Positions 1 to 9,268 of a stretch of DNA of 64,000 bases are shown here, in pieces. Location: NCBI GenBank assembly GCA_902805655.1, contig CADCTF010000087.1, forward strand, positions 53,233 through 117,232. The letters are read 5' to 3'. Both the position numbers and the translations under genes were made by a program. The notes beneath the pieces were generated by a model. It ran no database searches. It saw only the letters and a program-made list of their open reading frames with translations, and was not told the DNA's origin. The stretch comes from an uncultured Acidimicrobiales bacterium. Lineage in GTDB: Bacteria; Actinomycetota; Acidimicrobiia; Acidimicrobiales; CADCTF01. The number at the start of each line of letters is the position of its first letter. Positions within the stretch are counted from its first letter, which is position 1.

Positions 1-37
1 GTGACCCCCGGTGATGAAGGCTCGCATCGGGTCGACC

Positions 38-1192
38 CTATCGGGACGAGCCAGCGGCTCCGGAAGCGGAGTCCGCCACCGCCCGGTACACCGACTCGTG
101 AGCCGCCGCGGTGCGCTCCCAGGTGTACCGCGCCGCCACTTCGAGCCCGTACGACCGCCGGCTGGCGAGCCCGTCGTCGCGGCAGACCAGTCGGTCGAGG
201 GCGGCCGCCAGCGCCGCCATCTCGCCGAAGGGGACGGTCAGCGCCGCGCCGCCCGCCAGCTCGTCCATCACCGAGCCCGCGGTGGTGATGACGGGAGCAC
301 CGCAGGCGAGCGCCTCGAGCACGGGCAACCCGAAGCCCTCCTCGATGGCGGCGTACACCACGGCCTCGGACCGGCGGAAGAGGGCCGGCACGACGGCGTC
401 GTCCACGTACCCGGTGCGCACCACACGGTCGCGGTGACGGGCCGACGCGAGGGCCTCGCCCAGGGTGTCCGGGCCCCATCCTTGTCCCCCGGCGACGACC
501 AGCTGCAGCTGCGGGTGGTCGTCGGCGATCCGGTCGAACGCCCGCACCAGGGTGCCCACGTCCTTCCGGGGTTCGAGCGTGGCGGCGAAGGCCACGAAGG
601 GCGGCCGCGCGCCGAGCGGCTCGAGCAGGCGGGCGTCATCCGCTTCCTGGGCGTCGACGGTGAAGAGCCGATGGTCGATCCCGTGGGGGATCACGTGCAC
701 GGGGCACTGGGGGTCGAGCAGCTGCCGCAACCGGCGAGCCGTGGGCTCGCTGACGCAGACGAGAGCGTCGGCCCGCTTCACCGCCTGGGTGATGGCCCGC
801 TTGAAGATGGGCACCTTCAGGCGCTCGTGGTGCTCGGGGTGGTCGAAGAACGTCATGTCGTGGACGGTCACGACCTTGGGCACCTTGGTGCGCTCCGGGG
901 TGGTGTAGTGCGGGCCGTGGTGGACGTCGATGCCCCAGCGGTCGACGAAGCTCGGGCCCCGGGTCTGCTCCCACACCATCCGGCGGCCCCGGTCGTCCGG
1001 CACCACCGCGTCGACCCGGGCACCGCCGGCGATGTCGACCCAGCGGCTGCGATCGCTCCGGCGGCTCTCGAGTCGCAGGTCGATCTGGTCACGCGCATGC
1101 AAGGCCCGTACGAGCTCGACGATGTACCGCCCGGCGCCGCGAGGCTGCGCCGGCACCGCGCTGACGTCGATGCCGACGATGGGCCGCGTCAT
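38..1192 (-). CDS. GT4 glycosyltransferase (MtfB/WbdB-like)
   Basis: Starts MTRPIVGIDVSAVP..GAGRY; VTVHDM, TLEPRKD, EEGFGLPVLEALACG (EX7E motif). ATG overlaps stop of the upstream gene. Confidence 0.9.
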   Translation of the reverse strand: MTRPIVGIDVSAVPAQPRGAGRYIVELVRALHARDQIDLRLESRRSDRSRWVDIAGGARVDAVVPDDRGRRMVWEQTRGPSFVDRWGIDVHHGPHYTTPERTKVPKVVTVHDMTFFDHPEHHERLKVPIFKRAITQAVKRADALVCVSEPTARRLRQLLDPQCPVHVIPHGIDHRLFTVDAQEADDARLLEPLGARPPFVAFAATLEPRKDVGTLVRAFDRIADDHPQLQLVVAGGQGWGPDTLGEALASARHRDRVVRTGYVDDAVVPALFRRSEAVVYAAIEEGFGLPVLEALACGAPVITTAGSVMDELAGGAALTVPFGEMAALAAALDRLVCRDDGLASRRSYGLEVAARYTWERTAAAHESVYRAVADSASGAAGSSR

Positions 1193-2271
1193 CCCTGCGC
1201 CTCCCAGAGCTCCACGTGGCGCCGGGCGCATGCCTTCCAGGTCAGCTCGGCGGCACGGCCGAGGCCGGCGGTGACCAGCTGCGAGCGAACCGGCTCGTCG
1301 CTCGACGCGGTGACCAGAGCGGCGGCGATGGCGGCCACGTCGGACGGGTCGACCTCCAGCACGGCGTCGCCCGAGCTCGTGCTGGGCAGCGGGCTGGCCA
1401 CGACCGGCGTGCACTCCTGCATCGCCTCCAGCGGTGGAAGGCCGAAGCCCTCCACCAGGGGGACGTATGCGAAGCAGCGGGCTCTGCGGTACAGGCCGGT
1501 CAGCGCGCCGCCCTGCACCGGTCCGGCCAGCACCGCGCCATGCGGCACGGAGCCCTGCAACGCATCGCCCCAGCCCTTGGCGCCGACGACCACGAGCGGC
1601 CACGGCTCGGGGAGCTTGGGCCGCGCGCGCGCGTAGGCCTCCAGCAGGCGAGGCAGGTTCTTGCGGGGCTCGAGGGTGCTCACCGTCAGCAGGAAGGGCC
1701 CGGTGACGCCGACACGGGCCAGCAGCCGGTCGGTGGCCGCGTCGTCGACCGGAGCGAGGTGGTCGCAGCCGTGGGGCACCACCTCGACCTTCGCAGCATC
1801 GACACCCGCCGCCACGAGGAGGCCGGCCGTCCGCCTCGACGGCACCACCATCAGATGCCCGGCAGCGACGGCTCGCCGGAGCGACGCCTCGTGCCACCGC
1901 CGACCCCGGGCGGGGAAGGTCTCCGGCACCTCCCGCCAGGCCACGTCGTGCACCATGAGCGAGCCCCTGCCGGATCGCACCGGAGGCATGGCCTGGGAGA
2001 CGCTGTGCACGATGTCGTAGCCGGACGGCGCAGCCAGGAGGCCCCGATCCCAGGCCCGGGTGAGCAGCGGTGCCGGCAACGGCGACGATCGGATCGGAAG
2101 ACCGAGCTCCTGCAGGGGATCCGGGGCTGACGGCGGTCGGCTGGCGAGCAGCTCCACGTCGGGCCGGTCCTCGTCCAGCCAGGACATGCCGAGCAGCAGC
2201 CCACGCGCGTAGGTAGAGATGCCATCCGCCAGCCCACGCCGCAGCTGCTCCACGGCGACCAGGACGCGCAC
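1189..2271 (-). CDS. GT4 glycosyltransferase (MtfB-like)
   Basis: GTG start VRVLVAVEQL..GISTY; MVHDV, TLEPRKNL, EGFGLPPLEAM. Confidence 0.9.
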   Translation of the reverse strand: MRVLVAVEQLRRGLADGISTYARGLLLGMSWLDEDRPDVELLASRPPSAPDPLQELGLPIRSSPLPAPLLTRAWDRGLLAAPSGYDIVHSVSQAMPPVRSGRGSLMVHDVAWREVPETFPARGRRWHEASLRRAVAAGHLMVVPSRRTAGLLVAAGVDAAKVEVVPHGCDHLAPVDDAATDRLLARVGVTGPFLLTVSTLEPRKNLPRLLEAYARARPKLPEPWPLVVVGAKGWGDALQGSVPHGAVLAGPVQGGALTGLYRRARCFAYVPLVEGFGLPPLEAMQECTPVVASPLPSTSSGDAVLEVDPSDVAAIAAALVTASSDEPVRSQLVTAGLGRAAELTWKACARRHVELWEAQG

Positions 2272-2275
2272 CCGT

Positions 2276-3373
2276 TCAGCCCTTCCCCGCGATGGCCGCG
2301 GCGTAGAGGCGGACGAGCCCGTCCGCACAGGAGTCCCAGCTGAACCCGGCCACCCGGCGACGTCCCCGCTCCACCATCGTCGTCGCGAAGGCGGTGTCGT
2401 CGAGCACTCGGGCCAGCCCGCCGGCGAGGGCGTCGACGTCGCCCACGGGCACGACCACGGCCGCATCCCCCACCACCTCGACGAGGGCGGCCGCGGCGGT
2501 GGTGACGACGGGGACCCCTGCGGCCATGGCCTCGAGCGTGGGCAGCCCGAAGCCCTCATAGCGCGACGGGTAGGCGAACGCGGCGGCTCCGTGGAGAAGC
2601 GCGTCTCGGTCGGGGACGGAGACGTGGTCCAGCCGGAGGACCCGGTGTGACGCCGGGGACGCGTCGATCCGGTCCCGGAGCTCGTCCTCCGCCCAGCCGG
2701 CGGGCCCGGCCACCACGAGCCGGAGATCGGGCCGGTCCGCCGCCAGCCGGGTGAACGCGTCCACCAGGTCGGGCAGCGACTTCCGAGGTTCCACCGTGCC
2801 GAGAGCCAGCACGTACCGGCCGCTCACCGGTGACGGACCGCGGGGCTTCGGCGCGTCGACGCCATGGGGCACCACCGCCACCCGCTCGGCCGGTGCCCCC
2901 AACATCTCGACGACCTCCGCGGCCACCGCCGCGGAGGGTGTGTGGACCCACGCTCCTCGCCCGACCGCCCGGCGCACCAGGCCCGGATATCGGCGGCTGG
3001 TCGGCGTGCAGAGCTCGGGGAAGCGCACGGCGGTCAGGTCGTGCACGGTGACCACGGCCGCCGCCCGGCGGGTGGGCGGCACCACGAAGTTGGTGCCGTG
3101 CACCACGTCCACCGCACCGGTCCAGAGCTCGGCCGGGAACAGGCCGGTGCGGGACCAGATTCGCAGCAGCGGTGCCGCCACCATGGGGCGCGAGACCACC
3201 CGCACGGATGCCGGCACCACGGCCGGCAGCGCGCTCCGTCCCCGCCAGCTGAAGGCGTACGCGGCCGCCTCCACGTCGCTGCGATCGCACACCGCTCCCA
3301 GCGCGCCCCGGGTGAAGGTGGCGACACCGGTACCCGTGCCGAGCAGGGGCGTGGCGTCGAAGGCGAGTCGCAC
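2276..3373 (-). CDS. GT4 glycosyltransferase (MtfB-like)
   Basis: GTG start VRLAFDATPLLG..TGVATF; VTVHDL, GTVEPRK, YPSRYEGFGLPTLEAMAAG. Confidence 0.9.
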   Translation of the reverse strand: MRLAFDATPLLGTGTGVATFTRGALGAVCDRSDVEAAAYAFSWRGRSALPAVVPASVRVVSRPMVAAPLLRIWSRTGLFPAELWTGAVDVVHGTNFVVPPTRRAAAVVTVHDLTAVRFPELCTPTSRRYPGLVRRAVGRGAWVHTPSAAVAAEVVEMLGAPAERVAVVPHGVDAPKPRGPSPVSGRYVLALGTVEPRKSLPDLVDAFTRLAADRPDLRLVVAGPAGWAEDELRDRIDASPASHRVLRLDHVSVPDRDALLHGAAAFAYPSRYEGFGLPTLEAMAAGVPVVTTAAAALVEVVGDAAVVVPVGDVDALAGGLARVLDDTAFATTMVERGRRRVAGFSWDSCADGLVRLYAAAIAGKG

Positions 3374-3440
3374 GGGGGGCGCAGTCTCGCACCGCGACGA
3401 CGCTGGGGTGGCGCAGCGCCGCCTAACGTGACCAGCCGCC

Positions 3441-4505
3441 ATGACCGACCTGGACCTCAAGCAGGTGCTCGCCGAGATCGAAGCGGAGGTCCGCCTGCGC
3501 CGGGCCAGTGGCCAGTTCACGCTGGCCATGGAGCGAGAGCTCGACGACACGTTCGAGGCGCTCACCCCCACCGCACGCCGCGCGCAGGACTTCCAGTCGG
3601 CGCTGGAAGAGGTCGAGGAGGCGGCGTTCATCGACGTCGACCTGCCGGTCGCCTCGAACGCGCCGGGGGGCACCCAGGCCAAGCTGGCGCTCGGCCGCCT
3701 GATGACGTGGGCGCTGCGGCACGTCGCGCAGCAGACGACCACGTTCGCGGGCACGACGGCCCGTGCCCTTCGGGTGCTCTCGTCCCGCATCGACGCGCTG
3801 GACGACGAGGTGCGTCGGGTGGAGGCGCTGCTCAGCGACAGGAGCGAGGAGGCCGACGCCGAACGGCAGCTGCACATCGCAGAGCTGGAGATCGGCGCGT
3901 GGCACGACCGGCTCGCGCTGGCCTTCGCCGGCTCCACCGGGCGCGTGCTCCATGCCGACTGCGGATCGGGAGGACTGGTGGCGCTGCTCGAGTCGAGCGG
4001 CATCGACGCGTACGGTGTCGAGCCCCTGCCGCGCCTGGCGGATGTGGCCGTGGCCAACCGGATCGAGGTGCGCCTCGACTCGGTGGCCGCCCACCTGGCA
4101 CGCGTGCCCGACGAAGCCCTGGCCGGCATCGTGCTGTCGGGCTGCGTCGACCGCCTGGTGCCGCCCGACCTCATCCGCCTGGCCAACGCCGTGACCCGAG
4201 TGCTGCAGCCGGGCGGACGGCTGGCCATCGTCTCCTCCACGCCGGCCGGATGGATGGCCACCACCACCCCGGTCATCGCCGACCTGTCGGGTGGCCGGCC
4301 GGTGCACCCCGAGACGTGGCTGACCCTTCTGGCCCAGCGCGGCTTCGTGGACCCCGTCCACGAGCCCGGCCGGGCCCGGTCGCCACTGGAGCCGCTGCCC
4401 TCGTCGGTGGTCGGCGCCGACGAGCTCGAGCCGCGCCTCGCCGCCCTGTTCGCCGCCGCCTTCCCTCCCACCGACTACCTCGTGCTGGCCGACCGGGGCT
4501 CGTGA
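3441..4505 (+). CDS. Coiled-coil + class I SAM-dependent methyltransferase-like protein
   Basis: N-terminal helical/heptad region (RIDALDDEVRRVEALL); divergent motif I VLHADCGSGG, AYGVE, RVLQPGGRLAI, RPVHPET. Confidence 0.7.
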   Translation: MTDLDLKQVLAEIEAEVRLRRASGQFTLAMERELDDTFEALTPTARRAQDFQSALEEVEEAAFIDVDLPVASNAPGGTQAKLALGRLMTWALRHVAQQTTTFAGTTARALRVLSSRIDALDDEVRRVEALLSDRSEEADAERQLHIAELEIGAWHDRLALAFAGSTGRVLHADCGSGGLVALLESSGIDAYGVEPLPRLADVAVANRIEVRLDSVAAHLARVPDEALAGIVLSGCVDRLVPPDLIRLANAVTRVLQPGGRLAIVSSTPAGWMATTTPVIADLSGGRPVHPETWLTLLAQRGFVDPVHEPGRARSPLEPLPSSVVGADELEPRLAALFAAAFPPTDYLVLADRGS

Positions 4506-5587
4506 CCTCGGTCCACCAGCTGGTGCCGAGCTTCGTCTCTCGCGATGCCGTCGGCGCCCACACCATCCGTGTGCAGGAGGTGCTGCGCGGCATGGGCCTC
4601 GACTCGGAGATCTACGCCGCCGACATCGGTGCGAAGGTCGGGGTGAAGGCCCGCCACTACCGGGCGCTGAACCGGCGGACGGGCGACCCGGACACCTGGC
4701 TGCTGTACCAGCTGTCGACCGGCAACCGCATGGCCGACTGGCTGCTCAAGCGGCCCGAGCGCAAGCTCGTGAACTACCACAACATGACGCCGGCCGACCT
4801 GTTGACCCCCTGGAACCCGAGCGTCGGTGCGGAGATCGAGCAGGGCCGCCGGCAGCTCCGGCGGCTCGCGCCGCACGTGGAGATGGCCATCGCCGTGTCC
4901 GAGTTCAACCGCGAGGAGCTGGTGGCCGCGGGGTACGAGCGCACCGAGGTCGTGCCGCTGTTCTCCGAGCTGGGCGGCGTCGAGCCGGCGTCGGCGTCAC
5001 CGTCCCCGACTGCGGCCGGCGGAGCCGCCGTCGGTGCGGGGGCGCGATGGCTGTTCGTCGGACGGGTCGTGCCCAACAAGTGCCAGCACGACCTGGTCAA
5101 GGCGCTCGCCGCCTACCGCCGCATCTACGACCCGAACGCTGAGCTCGTGCTCGTGGGAAAGCCCACCTTCGGGAACTACCTGGCTGCCGTCGAGGCCCTG
5201 GCCGTCGAGCTCGGCGTGGGCGATGCGGTGCACCTCCGGGGCTCGCTGACGCCGGCGGAGCTGGCCGCCGAGTACGAAGCGGCCGACGTGGTGGTGTCCC
5301 TCTCGGAGCACGAGGGCTACTGGGCCGTCGGGCTGGAAGCGATGGCCCACGGGGTGCCGGTGGTGGCCTATGCCGCGGCCGCCGTGCCCGAGACCGTCGT
5401 GGGTGCCGGCCTGGTGCTGCCCCACAAGGGCGCCACCTACGTCGCCGCGGCCGTGCACCGGGTGCTGCACGACGAGGTGCTCCGTGGCCACCTGATCTCC
5501 GGCGGACGTGCCCGTGCCGAGGAACGCTCGTCGGAGCGAACCGCCGAGCAGTTCCGCTCCGTCATCGCCACGGTGCTGTCGGGCTGA
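4502..5587 (+). CDS. GT4 glycosyltransferase
   Basis: GTG overlaps upstream stop; YHNMTP, LFVGRVVPNKCQ, SEHEGYWAVGLEAMAHG. Confidence 0.88.
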   Translation: MTSVHQLVPSFVSRDAVGAHTIRVQEVLRGMGLDSEIYAADIGAKVGVKARHYRALNRRTGDPDTWLLYQLSTGNRMADWLLKRPERKLVNYHNMTPADLLTPWNPSVGAEIEQGRRQLRRLAPHVEMAIAVSEFNREELVAAGYERTEVVPLFSELGGVEPASASPSPTAAGGAAVGAGARWLFVGRVVPNKCQHDLVKALAAYRRIYDPNAELVLVGKPTFGNYLAAVEALAVELGVGDAVHLRGSLTPAELAAEYEAADVVVSLSEHEGYWAVGLEAMAHGVPVVAYAAAAVPETVVGAGLVLPHKGATYVAAAVHRVLHDEVLRGHLISGGRARAEERSSERTAEQFRSVIATVLSG

Positions 5588-6708
5588 TGCGGGCGGTCCA
5601 CCAGTTCGTGCCCTACCTCAACCCGGGGGCGGTCGGCAGCCACCTGCTGGAGATCCAGCGAATCGTTCGGAGCCTCGGTCGCGAGTCGGAGGTGTTCGCC
5701 GGTGAGCCTGCGCGGGCTCCCCTCTCCGGGCTGGCCCGCCTCTATACGGACTACGGCACCACGTACCCCGGGCGAAGCGACGACGTGCTGCTCTACCACC
5801 TGGCGCTGGGCTCCCCCATGGCCCGGTGGCTGATGCACCAACCGAGGTTCCTGGCCGTCGACTACCACAACATCACGCCGTTCGAGTTCTTCGAGCCCTG
5901 GCACGAGCGGCTCACGGAGGAGACGGCGCTCGGCCGGCTGGAGATGCACCAGCTGGCCGCCCACACCGGGTTCGCCATGGCCGACTCGACGTACAACGCC
6001 GAGGATCTCGTGCGGGCCGGCTACTCCGCTCCGACGGTGGTGCCCATCCTCCTCGACCTGTCCGACCTGGCGACCGAGCCCGACCCGGCCACCCTTCGTC
6101 GCCTGCGGCAGGTGAAGGCGGGCGGTGGCAGCGACTGGCTGTTCGTCGGTCGGATGGCGCCCAACAAGTGCCAGCACCACCTCGTCGCCGCGTTCGCCAC
6201 CTACCGGCGGCTCTACGACCCGCTCGCCCGCCTGCACCTGGTGGGCGGACCGTCCCCCGACTCGTACTTCGACGCAGTGGTGTCCTACGCCCGCGGTCTG
6301 GGAGTGGCCGGCCACGTCGAGATCAGCGGCTCCGTGTCGGCCGCCGAGATGAGCGCGCAGTACCAGGCGGCGGATGTGCTGATCGGTCTCTCGGAGCACG
6401 AGGGCTTCTGGGTGCCGCCGCTGGAGGCCTGGCACCACGGCGTGCCGGTCATCGCGTTCGCGTCCACCGCCGTGCCCGAGACCGTCGGAGACGGAGGGCT
6501 GCTCCTGCGGGACAAGAGCCCGGACCGTGTGGCGGCAGCCGCATGGCGGATGGCCAGTGACGCCGAGCTGCGGGCCACCGTCACCGCCGCGGGCCGGCGC
6601 AGGCTCGAGACCTTTGCGCTCGAGCACACCCGGGCCCGGTTCGTCGAGGCTCTGGCCCTGCTCGACCAAGCGGCCGGTGAAGGCGTCGAGGACGGGCCGC
6701 TGCCGTGA
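5587..6708 (+). CDS. GT4 glycosyltransferase (paralog of upstream gene)
   Basis: YHNITP, LFVGRMAPNKCQ, SEHEGFWVPPLEAW; TGATG coupling. Confidence 0.88.
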   Translation: MRAVHQFVPYLNPGAVGSHLLEIQRIVRSLGRESEVFAGEPARAPLSGLARLYTDYGTTYPGRSDDVLLYHLALGSPMARWLMHQPRFLAVDYHNITPFEFFEPWHERLTEETALGRLEMHQLAAHTGFAMADSTYNAEDLVRAGYSAPTVVPILLDLSDLATEPDPATLRRLRQVKAGGGSDWLFVGRMAPNKCQHHLVAAFATYRRLYDPLARLHLVGGPSPDSYFDAVVSYARGLGVAGHVEISGSVSAAEMSAQYQAADVLIGLSEHEGFWVPPLEAWHHGVPVIAFASTAVPETVGDGGLLLRDKSPDRVAAAAWRMASDAELRATVTAAGRRRLETFALEHTRARFVEALALLDQAAGEGVEDGPLP

Positions 6709-7874
6709 GGGTGGACTTCATCGTGCCCCGGTACGGGCCGTTCCCCGGTGGAGCCGAGGGCGCGTGCCGTTTGCTGGCCGAGCACCTCGCCCTGCGCCCC
6801 GGCTGGTCCGTTCGAGCGCTCAGCACCACCGCCGTCGACTCGGTGACCTGGCGTCCGCAGCTCGAACCCGGCACCACCACGGAGTCCGGGGTGACCGTCG
6901 AGCGCTTCGACTGTGAAGGGCGTGACCCGGAGTTCGGCGCCCTCTCCGAGCGGCTGTTGAGCGACCCGGAGCGCGTGTCCCCGGAGGACGAGGAGCTGTG
7001 GCTGGCCCAGCAGGGCCCCGTCTCCGCCGGGCTGCTGCAGGCGGTGGCCGACTCCGACGCCGACGTGATGGTCTTCACGCCGTACCTGTACCACCCGACG
7101 GTCGCCGGCATGGCCCGCTCGAGTGTGCCCAAGGTGCTGCAGCCCGCCACCCACGACGAGCCGCCGGCGTGGCTTCCCATGTTCCAGCCGGTGTACCGAT
7201 CGGCGCAGGGGCTCTGCTTCTACTCCGACGAGGAGCGCCGGGTCGCGCAGCGGCTGTACCCCATCGCCGCCAGCCGGCAGCTGGTGCTCGGCGTGGGGGT
7301 CGAGGCGGGGGACGGCGATGCGGAGGCGTTTCGGTCGGCGTACGAGCTCGGGAGCGACCCCTACCTCGTCGCCGTGGGCCGGGTGGAGGCCGGCAAGGGA
7401 AGCCCCCTGCTGGCCGAGCTCTTCGCCACCTACAAGCAGGAGCACCCCGGCCCGTTGAAGCTGGTGCTGGTCGGCCAGGTCGTGGAACCGCTCGCCGAGC
7501 ATCCCGACATCGTCTGCACGGGCATGGTCGACGAGCGGGCGAAGTGGGGGGCGGTGCGCGGTGCGCTGGCGCTCGTCTCGACATCGGTCAACGAGTCGTT
7601 CTCACTCGTGGTGCTGGAGGCCATGGCCGCGGCCACGCCCGTCCTCGTGACCTCACGGGCGGCGGTGACCAAGGCGCACGTCGAGCGTTCCGGTGGCGGC
7701 TTCGCGTTCTCCGCCTACGGCGAGTTCGCACCCCAGGTCACCGCGCTGCTCCGGAGCGACAGCGCTCGGGCCGTGCTGGCTCGGCGGGCGCGCGAGTACG
7801 CGCAGACTCGCTACTCGTGGAGCGCGGTCACCGACCGGTACGCCCGCTTCCTCGAGCAGGTCGCACGGGGATGA
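6705..7874 (+). CDS. GT4 glycosyltransferase
   Basis: PRYG..GGAE, FTPYLY, HDEP, VGRVEAGKG, NESFSLVVLEAM. Confidence 0.88.
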   Translation: MRVDFIVPRYGPFPGGAEGACRLLAEHLALRPGWSVRALSTTAVDSVTWRPQLEPGTTTESGVTVERFDCEGRDPEFGALSERLLSDPERVSPEDEELWLAQQGPVSAGLLQAVADSDADVMVFTPYLYHPTVAGMARSSVPKVLQPATHDEPPAWLPMFQPVYRSAQGLCFYSDEERRVAQRLYPIAASRQLVLGVGVEAGDGDAEAFRSAYELGSDPYLVAVGRVEAGKGSPLLAELFATYKQEHPGPLKLVLVGQVVEPLAEHPDIVCTGMVDERAKWGAVRGALALVSTSVNESFSLVVLEAMAAATPVLVTSRAAVTKAHVERSGGGFAFSAYGEFAPQVTALLRSDSARAVLARRAREYAQTRYSWSAVTDRYARFLEQVARG

Positions 7875-9217
7875 GCGGGCCGCCCCGCGTGCGGCTGGTG
7901 GTGGTGAACTACGAGGGCGGCGACATGACGCTGCGCTGCCTCGACAGCCTGGCTGCGCTCGAGTGGCCGTCGGAGTGCCTCGAGGTGGTGCTCGTGGACA
8001 ACGCCTCCGGTGACGGGATCGCCGATCGCGTCGAGCGCGACAGGCCGGCGGTGCGGGTGATCCGCAACGCGCGCAACCTCGGCTTCTCAGGTGGGTGCAA
8101 CGCCGGGTTCCGTGACCTCGAAGGCGTGGACTACGTGGGCATCGTCAACAACGACGCCGTCGTCGAGCCGTCGTGGCTCCGCCCGCTCGTGACCGCGATG
8201 GAGGCCGACCACCGGCTGGGAGCGGTGAACGGCAAGGTGCTGTTCCTGCCTCGCTTCTGCGCCGTCGATGTCTCCTGCCCCGAGACCTTCGTGCCCGGCA
8301 AGGGCGACACGCGCACCCTCGGGGTGCGACTGAGCGGCGTCGAGGTAGATGGTGGCGACCGCTGGGCCGGAGCCATCTACGGCAAGGGCTTCTGGCCTCA
8401 TGAGCAGGGCCCCGAACCCGAGCCTCGGTTCCGGTGGACGGCTGCCGAGGCGCGGCTCTGGGTGCCGGCCGACCCGGGCGGCGCTCGCCCGGAGTCGGCG
8501 CGCCTGCGCCTTGCCGGTCCCGCCCCCCGTCGGGTGCTCGTGGGTGGCGCCGAGCTCGCCGTCGGGGTCGAGCCGGGCTGGTTCGAGGTGGCGCTGCACG
8601 ACCCGTGGACCGATCTGGTGAACAGCACGGGCGGGGCGCTGCTGCCGTCGATGCACGGTGCGGACCGATCCTTCGAGCAGCCCGACGACGGCCGCCACGA
8701 CCAGCCGGGCGAGATCTTCGGGTGGACCGGTGCCGCCGTGCTCCTCCGACCGTCCTACCTGGCCGACGTCGGCGGCTTCGACGAGCACTTCTTCATGTAC
8801 TACGAGGACTTCGACCTGTCGTTCCGCGGTCGGGTTCGGGGATGGCGGTACGGCTACGTCCCCGAGGCGGTGGCGCGCCACGTGCACTCGGCCAGCAGCG
8901 GTGCCACGTCACCCTTCGTGCTTCACCACCTCGAGCGCAACCGGCTGCTCGCCCTCACCCGGTCCGCGCCAGTGCCCGTCGTCGCTCGCGTGCTGGGCGA
9001 GTTCCTGGCCACCACCGTCACTGCGTCGGGGCGGGAGCTGGCCAGCTCGGTCGGCGCCGGGAACGGCATCTCGACCAACGTGGTGCGCCAACGGCTCGGG
9101 GTCCTTCGCCAGTACCTTCGGCTGGTTCCCCGGGTCGTACGCCACCGGTTGGCCACCCGCAGCGGACGGCAGGTGTCCGCCGCTTCGGTGATGCGCCAGT
9201 GGGCTGCCGATCACTGA
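7871..9217 (+). CDS. GT2 glycosyltransferase (rhamnosyltransferase-like) with internal inserted domain
   Basis: VVVNY, VDNASGD, NLGFSGGCN, NNDA, GGFDEHFFMYYEDFDLSFR; ~120 aa insertion after KVLF. Confidence 0.88.
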   Translation: MSGPPRVRLVVVNYEGGDMTLRCLDSLAALEWPSECLEVVLVDNASGDGIADRVERDRPAVRVIRNARNLGFSGGCNAGFRDLEGVDYVGIVNNDAVVEPSWLRPLVTAMEADHRLGAVNGKVLFLPRFCAVDVSCPETFVPGKGDTRTLGVRLSGVEVDGGDRWAGAIYGKGFWPHEQGPEPEPRFRWTAAEARLWVPADPGGARPESARLRLAGPAPRRVLVGGAELAVGVEPGWFEVALHDPWTDLVNSTGGALLPSMHGADRSFEQPDDGRHDQPGEIFGWTGAAVLLRPSYLADVGGFDEHFFMYYEDFDLSFRGRVRGWRYGYVPEAVARHVHSASSGATSPFVLHHLERNRLLALTRSAPVPVVARVLGEFLATTVTASGRELASSVGAGNGISTNVVRQRLGVLRQYLRLVPRVVRHRLATRSGRQVSAASVMRQWAADH

Positions 9218-9268
9218 GAGCCGAGAAGGCGGCCGTTATGCTCGTCGTCTTTCCCCCGAGGTGTCGCC

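Noticed and set aside
11-1636. Long plus-strand ORF (541 aa) and many similar antisense or alternate-frame ORFs (e.g. 10843..13044, 30552..32099, 36074..38473, 43727..45613, 50918..52609)
   Set aside because: Shadow ORFs typical of high-GC DNA. They overlap motif-supported genes and have Arg/Pro/Ala-rich or reverse-codon composition with no motifs.
2864-5587. Long N-terminal extensions in the ORF track (also 2276..4471, 6998..9217, 16669..19584, 19743..21677, 54385..55698, 58921..60306)
   Set aside because: Extensions overlap neighbouring real genes; homology motifs and stop-start coupling place the true starts downstream.
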